Shown: positions 1 through 13,214 of the stretch, one piece after another | How the letters are laid out: every line of letters begins with the position of its first letter | Numbering within the stretch: position 1 is the stretch's first letter | Notes under the pieces: model-generated | What the model was told of the DNA's origin: nothing | Seen by the model: the letters and a program-made list of their open reading frames with translations, nothing else | Databases searched by the model: none | Position numbers and translations under genes: made by a program | Source of the DNA: Zygnema circumcarinatum SAG 698-1b | Taxonomy: Eukaryota > Plantae > Zygnematophyceae | Direction: 5' to 3' | Assembly: GCA_037447605.1 (NCBI GenBank) | Contig: CM074818.1 | Location: 1,500,617 to 1,564,616 of the forward strand | Length of the DNA stretch: 64,000 bases

Positions 1-81
1 CCCTGAAGCTGACCTGTTGGAGCCAATGAATGACTGCCAGCTGCCCCTCTGACTGTGGATGAACCTTGTTGCCTTTGACAG

Positions 82-1050
82 ATGTGGACGCTGCCGGTTA
101 GAGCGGGTGACGGTTCGCAACCAAGGAGTGGATTGGGAATCCAAGGGAAACGTGTTGTGGCAGCATAAAGTTCATCGACGGGAAGTTGTTCAAATTGTTC
201 TGCACGGAGATGCAGAATTCGATGCGCGAGATGTGACTTTAGAGGTATGGTTTACTCTTCTCTGCATAGCTGCAGTTGCTTGAGTGGGTTTCCTTGAAAG
301 TCATGGATTGCTATCCTCTAATGGAACTTTGTTCTGTTATTGTTTCACATGAATCACGGTCCCGTAGGCAGACAAACGTATTGTAAACATTGAAAAACTC
401 TATACAGCCAAGCTGGCAACTTGACTGAGTGGCAATAGGGAATCATGCCAGCAATTCCGATCATACAGAAATTAGTGTTTGTAACTACGTCAGGAGAGCC
501 AGCCTGAAGTTTTTGATTAGTGACAGTTCCATGTCGACTTTTGTTGCCCTGTTGGCATTCCTTTTTGAGGTGCTTCCCCACAAGCAGTTGTAGTTCCTTC
601 CCATCTGTCGTAACAAGCGAACCTCGGTTCAAGAAGGCTGATGTCCCTCTGTCTGGGTTCAGGGATCGCATGTATTTGAAATCCCAGCAGGCCACCGATT
701 GCGACTTATCAGTGGAACCACAGGTTCGTTATAGCCTCCGCTGTCATCCCATCCCGTGTCAGAGTTCGCTTGCGTAAGCAGGGTGATAGTAAAAGGGCAG
801 TCTTTGTAAAGTTTGTACTGTACTGATAGCAGTGTTTGCTTTGCGCTGCAGAAGGTACAGAAAGCATAATTTAGGTTGGGTTGTTTTTCCTAACATGTTA
901 TTGAGAGGGAGGGCGACAGGCTTCCAAAGGGTCCTTGAACCTCTTCAACACGATAAGGACTCCATCTCTCGTTCATCATGGGAGTGGCATTACCATGTTT
1001 TGGAGGAAAGCTCAGTGAAGCTTGATCTAAAGGAGGAGACGTGCAGCTGA
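82..1050 (+). CDS. UGP3: 3' end (last 3 exons; gene starts before the window) of plastid UDP-glucose pyrophosphorylase 3 (sulfolipid pathway)
   Basis: Exons 82-244, 663-723 and 920-1050 join with GT-AG sites and matching phase to give RCGRCRLERVTVRNQGVDWESKGNVLWQHKVHRREVVQIVLHGDAEFDARDVTLE-GSHVFEIPAGHRLRLISGTT-GFQRVLEPLQHDKDSISRSSWEWHYHVLEESSVKLDLKEETCS*. This matches my recollection of the plant UGP3 C-terminus (V.N.GIDW...N.YW...V.R.E..KIILHG.AEFEA..V...G.HVFEVPDGH...W.W.Y). The 920 acceptor is the least certain boundary. Confidence 0.85.
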
Positions 1051-2106
1051 AGGCTCTGATGTACGGATTCTGTAAAACAAGAGCTTAGCGTTTTTCACCA
1101 TCTGCTCGCTGTTTTATTGCTTAACTGGGACGGAGAGGTCTGAAAGAGAGGTAGGTGCTTGTATCATCTCTCCGATGATGTCCATCTTAGTTTCAGTCAC
1201 ACATTCATTTGGGGTAACCCCCACACTTTGACTTGGGATTTTAGACTCAGGCCAGTGTACGTAGGGACCTCCCATGCGCCCCCTTGCAGCCATTTAATGC
1301 CCCCTGTGCTAGGGCGGCTCGTTTAGCCTTGACTCTGCCATACTATCGCACATGCTCCCCTTATTTTGGAATGTAAATGATTCTCAATTTGAGGAAGGAA
1401 TTGACACACTTTACCAGTACTTCGTGTTCGGTCACGACATAACGATAGACGTTGGATCTGCACTCGTGCACACCCTCTGAACCAGGCGATGCATGCACAG
1501 TGTGCTACTTGAGCATCGCATGCATGCATCCCTTTCCGATATGAACCAAGCACGTTCTCTGTATCATGGAGTCCCAAAGTAGTTCGTTTCCAGCGCTCTC
1601 GCTCCATGAAAAAGTGATAAGCATTTCACAAAAGGATCAAGTGAAGGTGCGTCTCCATGGTCTAACTTCATGCAACTTCATCCAGCTTTGCAAAAAAATA
1701 AAACACGAACGCTTCTGCTGTAACTCTTTGTGAAAAGTGACGAGCATTGGCAAACAAACAAAACGAAGGGTGCATAAGGCAAGTCTAAACAATTGTGCGC
1801 TTTTGAAAGTCCCTTGCCAAACTACCTCCCTCGACTGCGACACAAACAACTGTGGACGCTGTATCCATGACATGGCATGGCATGGCATATGAAGCTATTC
1901 AGTTAAAAAATCTCACATTTTGAAGAAGGAAGGTAAATCTTAAAACATGCTACATAAATATGCAAATTTGATGGAAGTTTTCTAGTATCCATGGAGTGTT
2001 TTGCCGTCTCCGGCCTTTCCTGCACGGACCTTCGCCGCCTAAGTACAAAGGCCCCTCAATAGAGTCAGGACATCGAACCGTGAAGACATAAACTACGGGG
2101 AAGAGA

Positions 2107-2182
2107 TGTGGCATTTATCTTACGATGGCGAGGCCATCAAATGTACATGGACAAGATCAGGATGGGAAACCACGAGGAACTG
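2107..2182 (+). repeat. Dispersed ~75-bp motif, copy 1 (GATGGC-GAG-GCCATC hairpin ... GGGAAACCACGAGGAAC)
   Basis: Aligns directly with copies at 13571-13633(-), 40052-40127(+), 46442-46514(+) and a degenerate copy at 58772-58828(-). Confidence 0.8.
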
Positions 2183-4325
2183 TCGGAAAGGACCTAAGGA
2201 CAAAAGAAACAAGCGAGGAGCGGAAAGCTACGCCTAGACAGAACAACGTTTAAAGCCCTCCTTCGAAGCAGCTGCGAAGGTCGCCGATCGATGTGCGCCA
2301 CATCACATCGCGCGGAGGGAGGGAGGGAGGTAGGGAGGGAGCGACGGAAGGCCATCGCCACGACCACCAACAAGTGCGGCTTGACGCCGAAGGAGCGGAG
2401 AAGCGAGAAGAAGGGCAGCGCTGAAGGGCGACGGAAATGCGCTGTCGATAAAAAGCAGCGAGGATCGGCGGAGAAGGAGAGGAGGGCTTTTTTCCGGGGC
2501 CGTGCGCGCATCTCGACGGAGCGATGGGCGCACGCACGCGCTGGCGGAGGAAGGACGGCATCCAAACACGCGTCGAGGCGACCACAAATCGCAACAGCCA
2601 TAGGAACAATCTCGTCGCCCGCGTCACGTCACGGCGGGCACATGCGCGCTCCTTGCGAAGGGCCGCCTCGCCCTCATGCTGCGCTGCACGCGATGGGGCG
2701 GAGCGGCCACAAACCCAACATCCCCGAACACGCGCCGAGCAGCCCCGGCCATGAGGCAAACATGTCTCGGCGCGAACAATCAACTCGGGCGAGGGGGCAC
2801 AATGTACAATGTGGCTTGGCTCGCGGCGCACACGGAAGTCGGCCTCTTTCGCCATTGCAGCAATCGCCTCGCGCACAACATTGTGAGGCAAAGTGCGTTC
2901 GCCGCCGCGCGCATCGACAAAGATGGACGCCCTCCTGCACATCGATCAAATCCCCACAAACACAACAAGGAAAAGCCTACAAGGGGGGGGGGGGGGTTGG
3001 GGGAGCCCGAGACAAAGTCGCGCTCCAGGCTGAAACCGGCGCTCCGGGCTGGCCCGGGGTCAAACGAAGAGTGGAAAATATCGGGATAGCAGCCAACCAA
3101 GCCCAACCAAGCTCCAGGACCAGCACAAGAACGGAGCTTAGCACGCGCAACATCGGAAGGTGCGCAAAAAACTCAGTAACAACAACCTCGTCAGTCAAAG
3201 CAAAAAAAAAAACAAAACTAAGTTGATTTTGGTATGCAATAATAGAGTTGACGATTTAAAATTCTCTGCCAAATAATAAATTAAACCCAATGTTGAATCG
3301 ATTTCAGGATTATATTATTTTATCCCCGTTTTATTTGAGCTGGACACGCGAGGCAGACTCAACGGCAAGGGCAGCAAATGAGGCCGCACGAGCCTGGGCA
3401 CTAGTAGGAAGCAAACTATCGGCATCACGCAACGCAACCTACCATCATCAACACGAGCAACAACAGGCTGAAGCAACGGACGATCTGCCACAAGAAAACG
3501 CGAAGCCAAAATAGGAGCAACAAGAGCCCAACTAGCAGGCGGGGTGAGTCCCAAACCGCCCGCTCGCGTACGTGTAAACGAGCCCTTTGGTCGATCGAAG
3601 ATACCAGGACCCAAAAGGCGATGATGTACAGAAAACAAACGCTCATCAAAAAATCGCAATGACCCAAGAAAGCAAGGGTCCTAAACCAAGTCACTGTTTC
3701 TTTCAGAAAAAAATTGGAAGGTACCTTGACCTTCAATAATATGGCAAATTTTGTCCCGAGCACTTTATTTCTTCCCTAAAGGTGCAAGTAACAAGGCGCA
3801 GAAGGAGGCTCTGCGTACCGCTTATTTATCGTCACTAGTACACTAGTACTCACTCGGCTCTGCCACGTCTCCCCTTCCACAGGATCTGGGCTCTTACCGC
3901 ACTAAAGCCTGAGCCATAAGCCGCTACTGAGCTGCATCTACCCAAACCCAGAACGCAATTTCCCTAATCTGATAACTCTCTAAAAAAAGGAAGAAAAAAC
4001 TAGTTCAATCCGTCAAACCTCTGCCTGGGTGCTCGAAGGTGAACAAAAACCTTCAAAGGAAAAAAAGAATAAACCCAATCTCGGACCTCCCTTGCTTAAA
4101 CTATTCAATGGTGTCTCCAGTTTGTATAGTCCATTCTATGTCGCTCTCCCTCCTTTGGATCGATCTCTCTCGCCCCCTTCTTTCGCTTTCTTCATTCTGT
4201 CGCGCTCTCTCTCCCTTCTGTCGCTTTTTCTTCTCCCTCCTGTTGCTCTCTCACTCTCACTCCCTTCTGTTGCTCTCTATATCTCCCTTCAATCGCTTTC
4301 TCTCCCCCCTTTCTGTCGCTCTCCC

Positions 4326-7300
4326 TCAGCTTGCAGCTGCTGCTGAGCGCCCTCCCACAGAAAGAATGGTTTCAAGGGACGACTGCTGCTGAGGCTGTAG
4401 GGCGTTCCATGTGGCCGTTAGAACTGCTGGCGGCGACGACTGCTGGAACTGCCTCAACACAGAAACCATCCGAGCGGTGGTTTCTTCCGTTGCCAAATCC
4501 GAGCCTCCCGAGAGCACCTGCAGGCCCTCTTATGGCTTTCAGTTCTCCCACACTCAAATGCTGTTACAAGTACCTACCACTAAGTCTATATTTTCGCTAA
4601 CTTGCCCAGGAATTCGGTGAACGTGCGTTGACTCACTCAAGAATGCGGCGGCATTAACCGACTTCAATCATTTCAGACTCATATGAAGGGATGGTTGAGC
4701 TGGCAGATAATCCCTTTCTACACATAACTCTTGTCTGAACAAACCAAACTGGTAAACATGGCATGCAAATGCACATGCATCAAAAAGGAAGTTCAGGCTC
4801 GCCACTCACATCAACAAACACAGAGACCACTTTGGGAAGGTTTTCTAAGTTGCTGCCAAGGAGCCTCTGATCGGACCTGTACAAAACCACACACTGCTCA
4901 AAGTCAGCACTGACAAGGAGTGGAAGGAAAAGGAGTGCGTGAAAGAAAGAAAAGGAGCGAGACCGGAAAGACACACGGACGGACGGAAAGCGAGAGACAG
5001 AGAGACAGTGAGAGAGGCTGATTCTGAAGTTCTGACCTTTCCACCATTCCACAGAGCTGCTGGTGCACGAGCTTGGCCTCCACCAGGTCCCCTCTCACAG
5101 GCAGGTAGCCCAGCCATGCCGGCAGCACCTGGGCCACGTCAAAGTGGTCTGACTGAAATTCGCACATTTTCCCAATGGCCGAAATCGCATTGTCCGTTGC
5201 CATCACGTTCTCCGCGGAGCGGCACGACGACGACTGCGTCACCAAACTGCAGAGGCGTTGGAGAGCCTCTGTCACCCCACACAGCAATGCATGCATGCAT
5301 TCACGAGTGTTAGACCAGATACTGAAACGGTGAAAGTTTTGAAAGTAGTTATCCTGAAAGGGAAAGGGAATTGATTTAACTAAGAATATCTCACACTTAG
5401 GTATTGAATCGTATGAAACATGGTGAAAAAGAACACCATGCATGCACAGTTGGACTGTGATGCGTTAAAAAGAAAGTAAGCTGTTCAATCACTGTGGTCA
5501 GTAATCCCTAACGCTCACCCCGTGGCACAAACTATAAGCTCGCACAGTCATCCATATCCAGAAATGGCCAAAGCAACAATCATTAGTCAGCACTACGATT
5601 TGGATAGTGGTTTGTTTGTCTGACTTTTTCGAAAACACTAGACTAAAATTACTATAACAATGAATGAGGAAGCCAACACACGCACACTCACAATGACAGT
5701 GCGATAAGGTTCAAGTCAAACCTCACAACATCACTTCCACAGCTTTTCAGATCAGTTTCCACTGAAGGCTCAGTGAATGATGCATAAGAGTGCGTTCCTG
5801 TAGAGCTTCCAGAACCTAGAAACTCATTCAAACATTCACAGAGTGATAAAGAAACTCACCGCCTACAACGGGCCTGAATGTTTCTCCTCCGAACTGGGCA
5901 CACACTCCAATGCCATACACAGCTGCCTGCATGGCACATGCGTGGATGAACTCAAACTTAACTTCAAATACATACTTACCTACAATAGTCATTCCATTAC
6001 TATGTCCTCTTCATGAGCTCCCCCTTCTGGCTTTAAGCAGCAGCACATAGAGCACTACAGACCAAACATTTGTGATGTGGGTGGCCCAAACGCACAAAGC
6101 GACTAGGGAATCACGAATCCAAATTACCCTAAACGCGCTGAAATCTAAGTAAACAGGTGATGAAGTAGAGGCGTAAAAGTGGGGAGGATAGAGCACCTGT
6201 CGCACATCAGGATGCTCGTCCGAGCAAGCTTCAAGAATAGAAGGCAGAAATGGTTTGTAGTATCTGCCGTCAGAAAACGAGCCAGAAATGATTCCAAAAG
6301 TCAATAAAAGCTGGGAGAGTGCGATTGCAGAGACCATTAATGAAGATCAAGAATAGTCGAAAGAACAGAAACGGGTCAAAAGAAAACAACAATGCAAGGA
6401 AGAATTGTAAGGTTTCCGGGTTCATGTGTCATGTAAGAAAGTGGAATTACATGCTGGGAGAGAGTTCCCTGGGGAGAGAATTAAATAAGCAACATTGAGA
6501 GAAATATGTGAGTGAGCGGAGGACGAGCGAGAAGGGGAAAGTGGCATCTCAGCCTCAAAAATCAGCACCTTTTTATATTAAGTTTGGTCACCCCCCAGCC
6601 TTCCCATCATCGAACCTCAAATGAAAAAGAGGACAACTTACTTCAAGGCTGAGTTGCCAAAATGTTCCGCCACGTCGTCGAAAATGCAGATAGCCACTCT
6701 CCGCTCGCCAGGTGTCGCATCCTTTTGCTGGATGCATTCACCGAATCCAAAAGACTGAATCCTTAGTTCTGTCAAAAGTCGAAGTATTCTACATCTAATG
6801 AGACGTGCTGCCAGCCTATTTTAGAACCCATTTTTTGGCTTAAAAATGCCTAGCATGACAGACAACCTAACCCACACACCTCCAGAAAGGCTCTCTTTCT
6901 TACCAGGAGGGGATGAAGGAGACTGGCGAAGTCGTCAAAGAAGGGCACGAATTGTTCCTTGAAAATTTTTATCAAGCTGCCTAGAACCTCGCCCACCTGC
7001 AAAACCAGGCGAAAACGGTATAGAAACACAAAAATTCGCAATTTTCATAGGATACCAACAGCAGCTGTTAACGAACACTTGTCCATGGAAGCCTACAAGC
7101 TCTAAAACCCACCTGCTCGAACACAGCATCTTCCTGCTCGTTCTCTTCCTCCAATAGCTCCTTTTCCTCTTCATCGAAGTCCTCTGTATGCCGCCTCTTT
7201 CCTCTCTCTACCCGCCGTGACCGGCTTGCCTCCATCACCAGCTTCAACTGATCCATGATGGCCTGCACTTGCTCTTGCGATAACAAAGAGCCTGCAATCT

Positions 7301-10300
7301 GAAAAGCAGAAAAACAACAAAAAACAAGTGAATATGACCGGCACACCTACAGCATCAGCACACAAATCCAAAATCAATCATATGCTACGGACTAATGGAC
7401 CAGGGAACAGGCTTAGTTAATAATCTTTACTTCTCGGACTACTTCAGCCAGATTGGTTCGTTGAAATGCTAACGACTCTATTAAGTAGGGACATGCGAGC
7501 AGTGGAGAGACAAAACTGTGAAGAAGGATGAGGCGATAAAAACAACTAATTGGATAGCGTCTGGAAACAACAAGGAGGGTACTGTAAAGGAAGGGTTCAA
7601 GGAAGATGCACGAATAACCATTGAGTTGAGCTCAAGAAATGAGTCGGGACAAGATGCAGACCTGAATGCACTCGTTCAGAGCCTCCAGCATCTCAACGCA
7701 TATCTCCACATCTGGTTCCTGTCCATCACAATTTTCTCAAATGCATCAGCATTGCCTTGCATGCCTACAGACGGCTTACTGCCTGGGAGAAGATGCTATC
7801 CACACAAAGCTCGATCCCACAGCACTTTGGCTCAAAAAGCATAACACAGAGAATGCGGCGCATAGAATATTGTCACGGGACAGAGGTCAGATACAACATG
7901 ATCGTAACGGTAGCTCAAGAAGATTTCAGAGAAAGCCGAAAGTGCATAGTGCACGCACTCTCAAGCATTTCGTAGACACGCGCATTGTAACATATTCCAG
8001 AAATGGCCCGAGAATAGAAACTTTTCAGCTTTACATTGTTAATAACGAACATAAAAACATGATAATCATGATCCGTAGCGCCGGCTGCCATTTATGCTTT
8101 TGGCGTGTCGCCAGAGAAGTTCTGACCACACGCCAATCAATCCCTGTGATCGGCTGAAGGGACATCTCATTCGCATCGCTCATGGACTCTAGTGTAGCTT
8201 TCAGTACTTCATTGAAAAACGGATTGTACTTAAACACTTGTGAACAGTTTTAACATTCGTCATGTTCCTACCTCTCTTCTAAGTAAGGGGTGTGCTCATG
8301 GTTTGAAATGAAAAAGTTCAGCTTGCAGAGCACGGAAGATGTTCTGACCTTGTGCATAACCTCAACAAGAGGAGGTACTAGAAAATCCAACAGCTGCTTC
8401 ACAAAATTTTGGTCACGCTTTGGCTCCAACCCTTTCTCCATTGCTAATTTTCCAGCCCTCAGGAGCTGGGGTATAGCTGTTAGTTCCACCCCTCCCACAA
8501 CCCAGCTTATCAGATAATTCCCGAGAAGTACTGGAAAATTCAGTTTTCCAATGCCACATAAGGAGGCCTTAAAAAGAAGGGAAACAAAATGGCTGAGATA
8601 AAAGGCCTGACCTGTAATGGCAGCCTTCCGAACATCCTCGTGGAAATAGAACTTCAGAAGAGGCACCATGAGGTTTGCGACCTATTATGGGCATGCCAAA
8701 CCAGGAACCCAAATAAAGCTCGTCAAACTATCGTAAAGAACTCTCAGCAAAATTTGTAGACCTCATGCAATAAAAAGCATTTCCAATGAGGCATTGGATA
8801 GTTTGTCTGATGTAGTCGAAGTACTCACCTCATCGATCCAGGGGTTGAAACCCTCCTTAAGCTCATCCACATAACAGCATAGCATGCTGCAAGCTGTTGC
8901 CTTTTCCTCCAACACGCTCGTACGTATCCCGATCTTCTTATCACCGATGGTAAGTGTCTCGACACTGCATTGTCAACCACCCCTCAATATCAGTAAGTCT
9001 GTTATGGTAAAGAGTGACTTGCATGGGTACAAGTGAAGACATCATAGTGACCTTGACTAAGACTTTGCTTCAACGCACTATATTCGAACCATCATTTCTT
9101 TCTTCACCGTGACTCTCACCAAGGCACAGCCAATAAAGTCAATTTAACTGCCTTGCCCTACACTCACTGGGCCCGATTAGCAACAACTTCAACTCCTTCA
9201 TCTAGGTGCTACTCGAGCATACGCACCTATCGTCATCTTCATCGTCCTCATCATCCGAATCCGCATCTGTAATGGTGACATCAGGCTTGAGACTAGCGGA
9301 GCGCATCAAAGGTGGCATGACTATATGCATGAATGGAAGGAACTCCAGCCCCAAACACTTGCAAAGGCGTGCCCATGCTTGTAAGCGATAACTGGTGGTA
9401 GGGTCATCCTCCTCAGACTCGCTACCTTGCAGCTGCATCAGAACATCCATGACCTGGCCAACCCCGCAACAGTTTCGTGTAGTTGCTATTGTTAAAAATA
9501 CATAATGAGCAGCCACTTAGAATAACTAGAAAGAAAGGTAGTCTATCTAAAGCTGCTCACTGATTCCCCAATTTCAACTTGGAAATCCATTCGGTGACAG
9601 AAGCCTTGATAGACCAGCTTGGATTTACATCTGCTCGTCATTACACCTCTGAATAAAGCATGAGAGTCATTTTTATGTCTGTTCTACAAGATGCTAATAA
9701 ACTTTTTCGTCAAAGTACGAGTGATAAGAAGTCCCAATGCCCCAAAAAGTCCCAATGCCGTCCACAGCCTCAAGATCACTAAATGCCGCATACTAAATAT
9801 CCCTTTTTGCACACGCCACTGTAGGCTAAACCTTTTGCAGTTGAAGTCCTACGGAACTAAGTAACTGGCGATCTCAACATGGATCCAAAACTCGCCTTCC
9901 GCATGTTCTCACTTGATCCCTGCTTGACCCGTCCCTTGACATTCCAATGTACTTCTGCCTCTAAAAGTAGTTTGAGGTAAATACTTTTGACTGCCAACCC
10001 ATGCAAACGTTGATTGGCTAATGATAGGCACCTCACCTGCCTAGCATCTGCTCGGAACTTCTCCTTCCCCACTGCCATGCCCACCAGACTGATGCACTCC
10101 AACGACTTCGAGCGCAGCATGCGCTGCTCCTTATCCACACACTTTGTAAGAATTATCTTCAAATATGGCATCACGGTGTCGTAATATTTTTGAAATTGCT
10201 CCTGATTTCCAATAACCACCATCAGACGACTGCCAGAAGCATCAAATGGAGGTTCTAAGTCCAAATCCAATCGATGGTTACCTTCCCTTCAATGATCGCT

Positions 10301-12598
10301 AAAAGACAGGAAAATGAATTGCTGGGTTGGGCTGCCAATTCAGCAGAGTAATCTGGAAAAGACGGATCAACAAACCTGGGAGCAATCCGCAACTGCCGCC
10401 AGTGCTGTAACAGCTCCCTCTTGCACCAGCCGGTTTCCGCTCTGTAAACAACCTGACTCTCTCCATTAAGTATCCATTTGCTGAAAAATACTATACTCAA
10501 TATTATAAAATCAAAGGCATGATTAAGCGTGTGGAGAAAGTATATGGCTGACTTGCTGCAACCTAAAGCAACTGCATGGAATTGGGTTTTTCACCTGAAG
10601 AAGTACTAGAAGCTTTGAGACGATAGAATCAAGGTAGGGCGCCAAAATTTCTGGGGTTGCGCTTTCACTAAAGTTCAGAATCGCAGCAGCCGCATGTGCC
10701 TGTTCCACATAGTCACCACCGATTCTTCAAGCTTAGTGCGGAGGAGAAGGACCCCGTTGATTGACAAAAGCTCAATATTGACTGCAGGACCTCCTCAACA
10801 CTCTCGCACAATCAGTCTCACTTGCACACGCGGATTGTTGAAGTCATCCGCTGCTCGAATCAGGGCCGGCAGCACAGTTTGATGATGCATTTGCTCCAAG
10901 TCCGGGCCCAGGTCTGTCGACAGCTGCCCCACAGCATTGATAGCTGCCCATCGAACCCGAGGGTGCGGGTCATTCATCGAAGTCAGAATCATATTGACCA
11001 CTGAGTCAAGGGACTGCAGCATCACCTGCAGCACACTTCACCAAGTTGAGGCCACAAAGTCAGACTCACAACTTGCATTCACAACAAAAGTTCAAAATAG
11101 CGTAAACACCAGATATTCCAGAGGTGCTCCAGACGTCAGGAAACATAGCATAGGCGTAATTAATATAGGAAGAACTGACGTTAATTGTGTCTTAAGTCAC
11201 AATGCTTCTAACGCTACCACTCCTTCCTAGCCATAGGGATCAGGCATGAAGATTGCCTGAAGACATTGTAGAGCAAAATTATTATGATCGACGTAAACCC
11301 AAGCAGGTGAATATGCAGTCTTATGTCCGAGAGTTGCGTGACATCAACGAAGGCCACGGAAAGGAAAAGAGGAGCCAAAAGAAGGTCGAGCTACAAACCT
11401 TGGCACAGCCCTCGGCAATTTGTGAAATTGCAATGAGGGCGGCATGCCGCTTTTTCCAATCTGCGTCTGCCAAGAGGGGCGGAAGCAGCTGTGAAGCAAC
11501 AGGAAGAAGAGAGTTCCCTTGCAAAGACATTGCAGTCCGGTCAAGAGATTCCTGTGCCACTTCAAAATTTTCGCTTTGCCCTGCGTCGTCATCTTCGTTG
11601 GTGCAGGAGTACCATGCAGGATCGTCTTCGATATCCAACAGCATCTCCAGCAACACTGCAAGCAGCCGATTGATAACATTAGGGAGCTTTCGCATCATTC
11701 CAGGGGCTCGGTCCCGGGCTTCAATGAGAGTGATGAGAAATTCCCCGGCTAGCTGACGTGATGCCTCATCAAGATCTCGTGCTTCGGCAATCTGAAGCAT
11801 AGTATCGACCACATGTTGCAGCTGTTTGCGTAAGAATCTTGGCTCTGTCCCTGCAATTTCAATAAACATCTCAAGCGCTTCCTGCGCAGCCAACTCGTCT
11901 CGAGCGTTCAGAGCAAGAGTGAGAGTCTGCATCATTGCCGGGAGCAACGTTTGGAATTTATCTCTCTCCTGGTTAGTCTCAAGTGTCTGAATGAAGTTTG
12001 TGCTTGCTCGAAGCGCTGCGGTCCGGACATCATGACTGGAACTTGTCAAACACTGCTGAAACACGGAAAGGAGCGTGTCAATATAGGGCGCCAGCAAGGC
12101 TGTAATATACTGCGCGAGCTGCGCAAATATGAGCAACGCCCTCTCTCGCAGTGGATCATACTGACTAGAAACGCAGTTAAACATGAAGGGCAGAAGCTCC
12201 GGCCATTGGCCCTCTTCCAGAACCTCCGTGGCAAGCTCTGCCACCGTGTCACACAGCTTCCTTCCATTGCTCTGAATGGCTTCCATTTGCACGCAGGCCA
12301 AGAGATGCTCCTTGGCACTCGTCTGCGTGTTTGCAGACAGCAAGGACCAGAGCTTATCCTTCCCAATCGCCTTCCTTAGAAGCACAGCAGTGAGCGCTCG
12401 GAGCTCCTGCTGCTCCGACTTCCGCATAGTCTGCACGAGCTTCTCTACGAGAGCATCAGGGTGCTTCTTGCATTCTGTGAACAGAGCTTCCGCGTGTCCT
12501 CTCTCCTCGTTTGAAGGCGACATCAGCTTTCCCACAAGCATCTCAAAGCTCGCCATCTCCGGCCCTAGCACGGCCGATAGCGCGACCTCGCCCGCCAT
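4326..12598 (-). CDS. IPO5: Importin-5 / karyopherin beta-3 (IPO5, plant KETCH1/IMB3-like), 18 exons, ~1115 aa
   Basis: Exons (descending): 12598-11399, 11025-10822, 10699-10595, 10441-10376, 10201-10037, 9453-9227, 8964-8829, 8681-8612, 8476-8349, 7718-7662, 7298-7113, 6996-6904, 6727-6642, 6263-6197, 5926-5860, 5268-5037, 4876-4810, 4517-4326. All are GT-AG with consistent phase; total 3348 nt. HEAT-repeat motifs typical of importin-5: [126 protein letters not shown]. Confidence 0.95.
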
Positions 12599-12696
12599 TA
12601 GGATCCGCTTACACCCGCCTCAACCTTCCCCTTATTCGGTTCTCTTTCTCCCTCAACAATCCCAAGCACTGCTCCCCCTCACCACTCCTCACTGCC

Positions 12697-12704
12697 AAAC
12701 CCTA
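12697..12704. promoter_or_regulatory. telo-box (AAACCCTA) ~100 bp upstream of the importin-5 ATG
   Basis: Exact AAACCCTA. The same motif lies at 15904-15911 (before the orphan ORF) and 19301-19308 (TAGGGTTT, before BTAF1). Telo-boxes are established in plant 5' regions, but function here is not shown. Confidence 0.35.
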
Positions 12705-12786
12705 ATCCTCCCGCCCCCTCCCACTCTCGCCCCTCCCCCTCCCTTTCCCCCTCCCTCTCCCCCTCTCTCTCCCGGAGGCCGGAGAG

Positions 12787-13214
12787 TAGGGTTGGGGGCA
12801 CGGTCCCCCTCCGACCCGTGCCCAGGGGCACGTGCCCCCCCCCCCCCCTTGGGGGGGGGGCATGCCCCTTTTTCGTGCCCCGTGACGTGACTGCATTGAG
12901 CAATTCAAATCGGCCCCAAAAAGAATATAATATTTTAAAACGGTACGAATGAAGGTACGGAAAGTACAGATGAATGTACTAACCGTACGAATAAAGGTAC
13001 AAATGTACGGAAAACCGCTGAACGCTGAACGCTGTCTTCAATCGTCACCGGCCCGGGCCCGGTCGTACGAGGTAAGCGTCACGTGACAGGGGGCACGGGG
13101 GGGCACGAAATATATGGGGAAAATTTTTGGAGGCGTGCCCCGGGCACGGACGGTCAAAAATGGGGGGCATGCCCCCCCCCTGGGCATGCCCGTGCCCCCG
13201 TGCCCCCAACCCTA
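12787..13214. mobile_element. hAT-superfamily MITE, 428 bp
   Basis: Perfect 17-bp TIR TAGGGTTGGGGGCACGG / CCGTGCCCCCAACCCTA. 8-bp TSD CCGGAGAG at 12779-12786 and 13215-13222. Subterminal GGGCACG repeats; no ORF. Confidence 0.88.

Noticed and set aside
1975-2040. Walker-A-like GKAGDGKT on the minus strand
   Set aside because: It is flanked by stops within ~20 codons with no further NTPase motifs, so it is probably chance.
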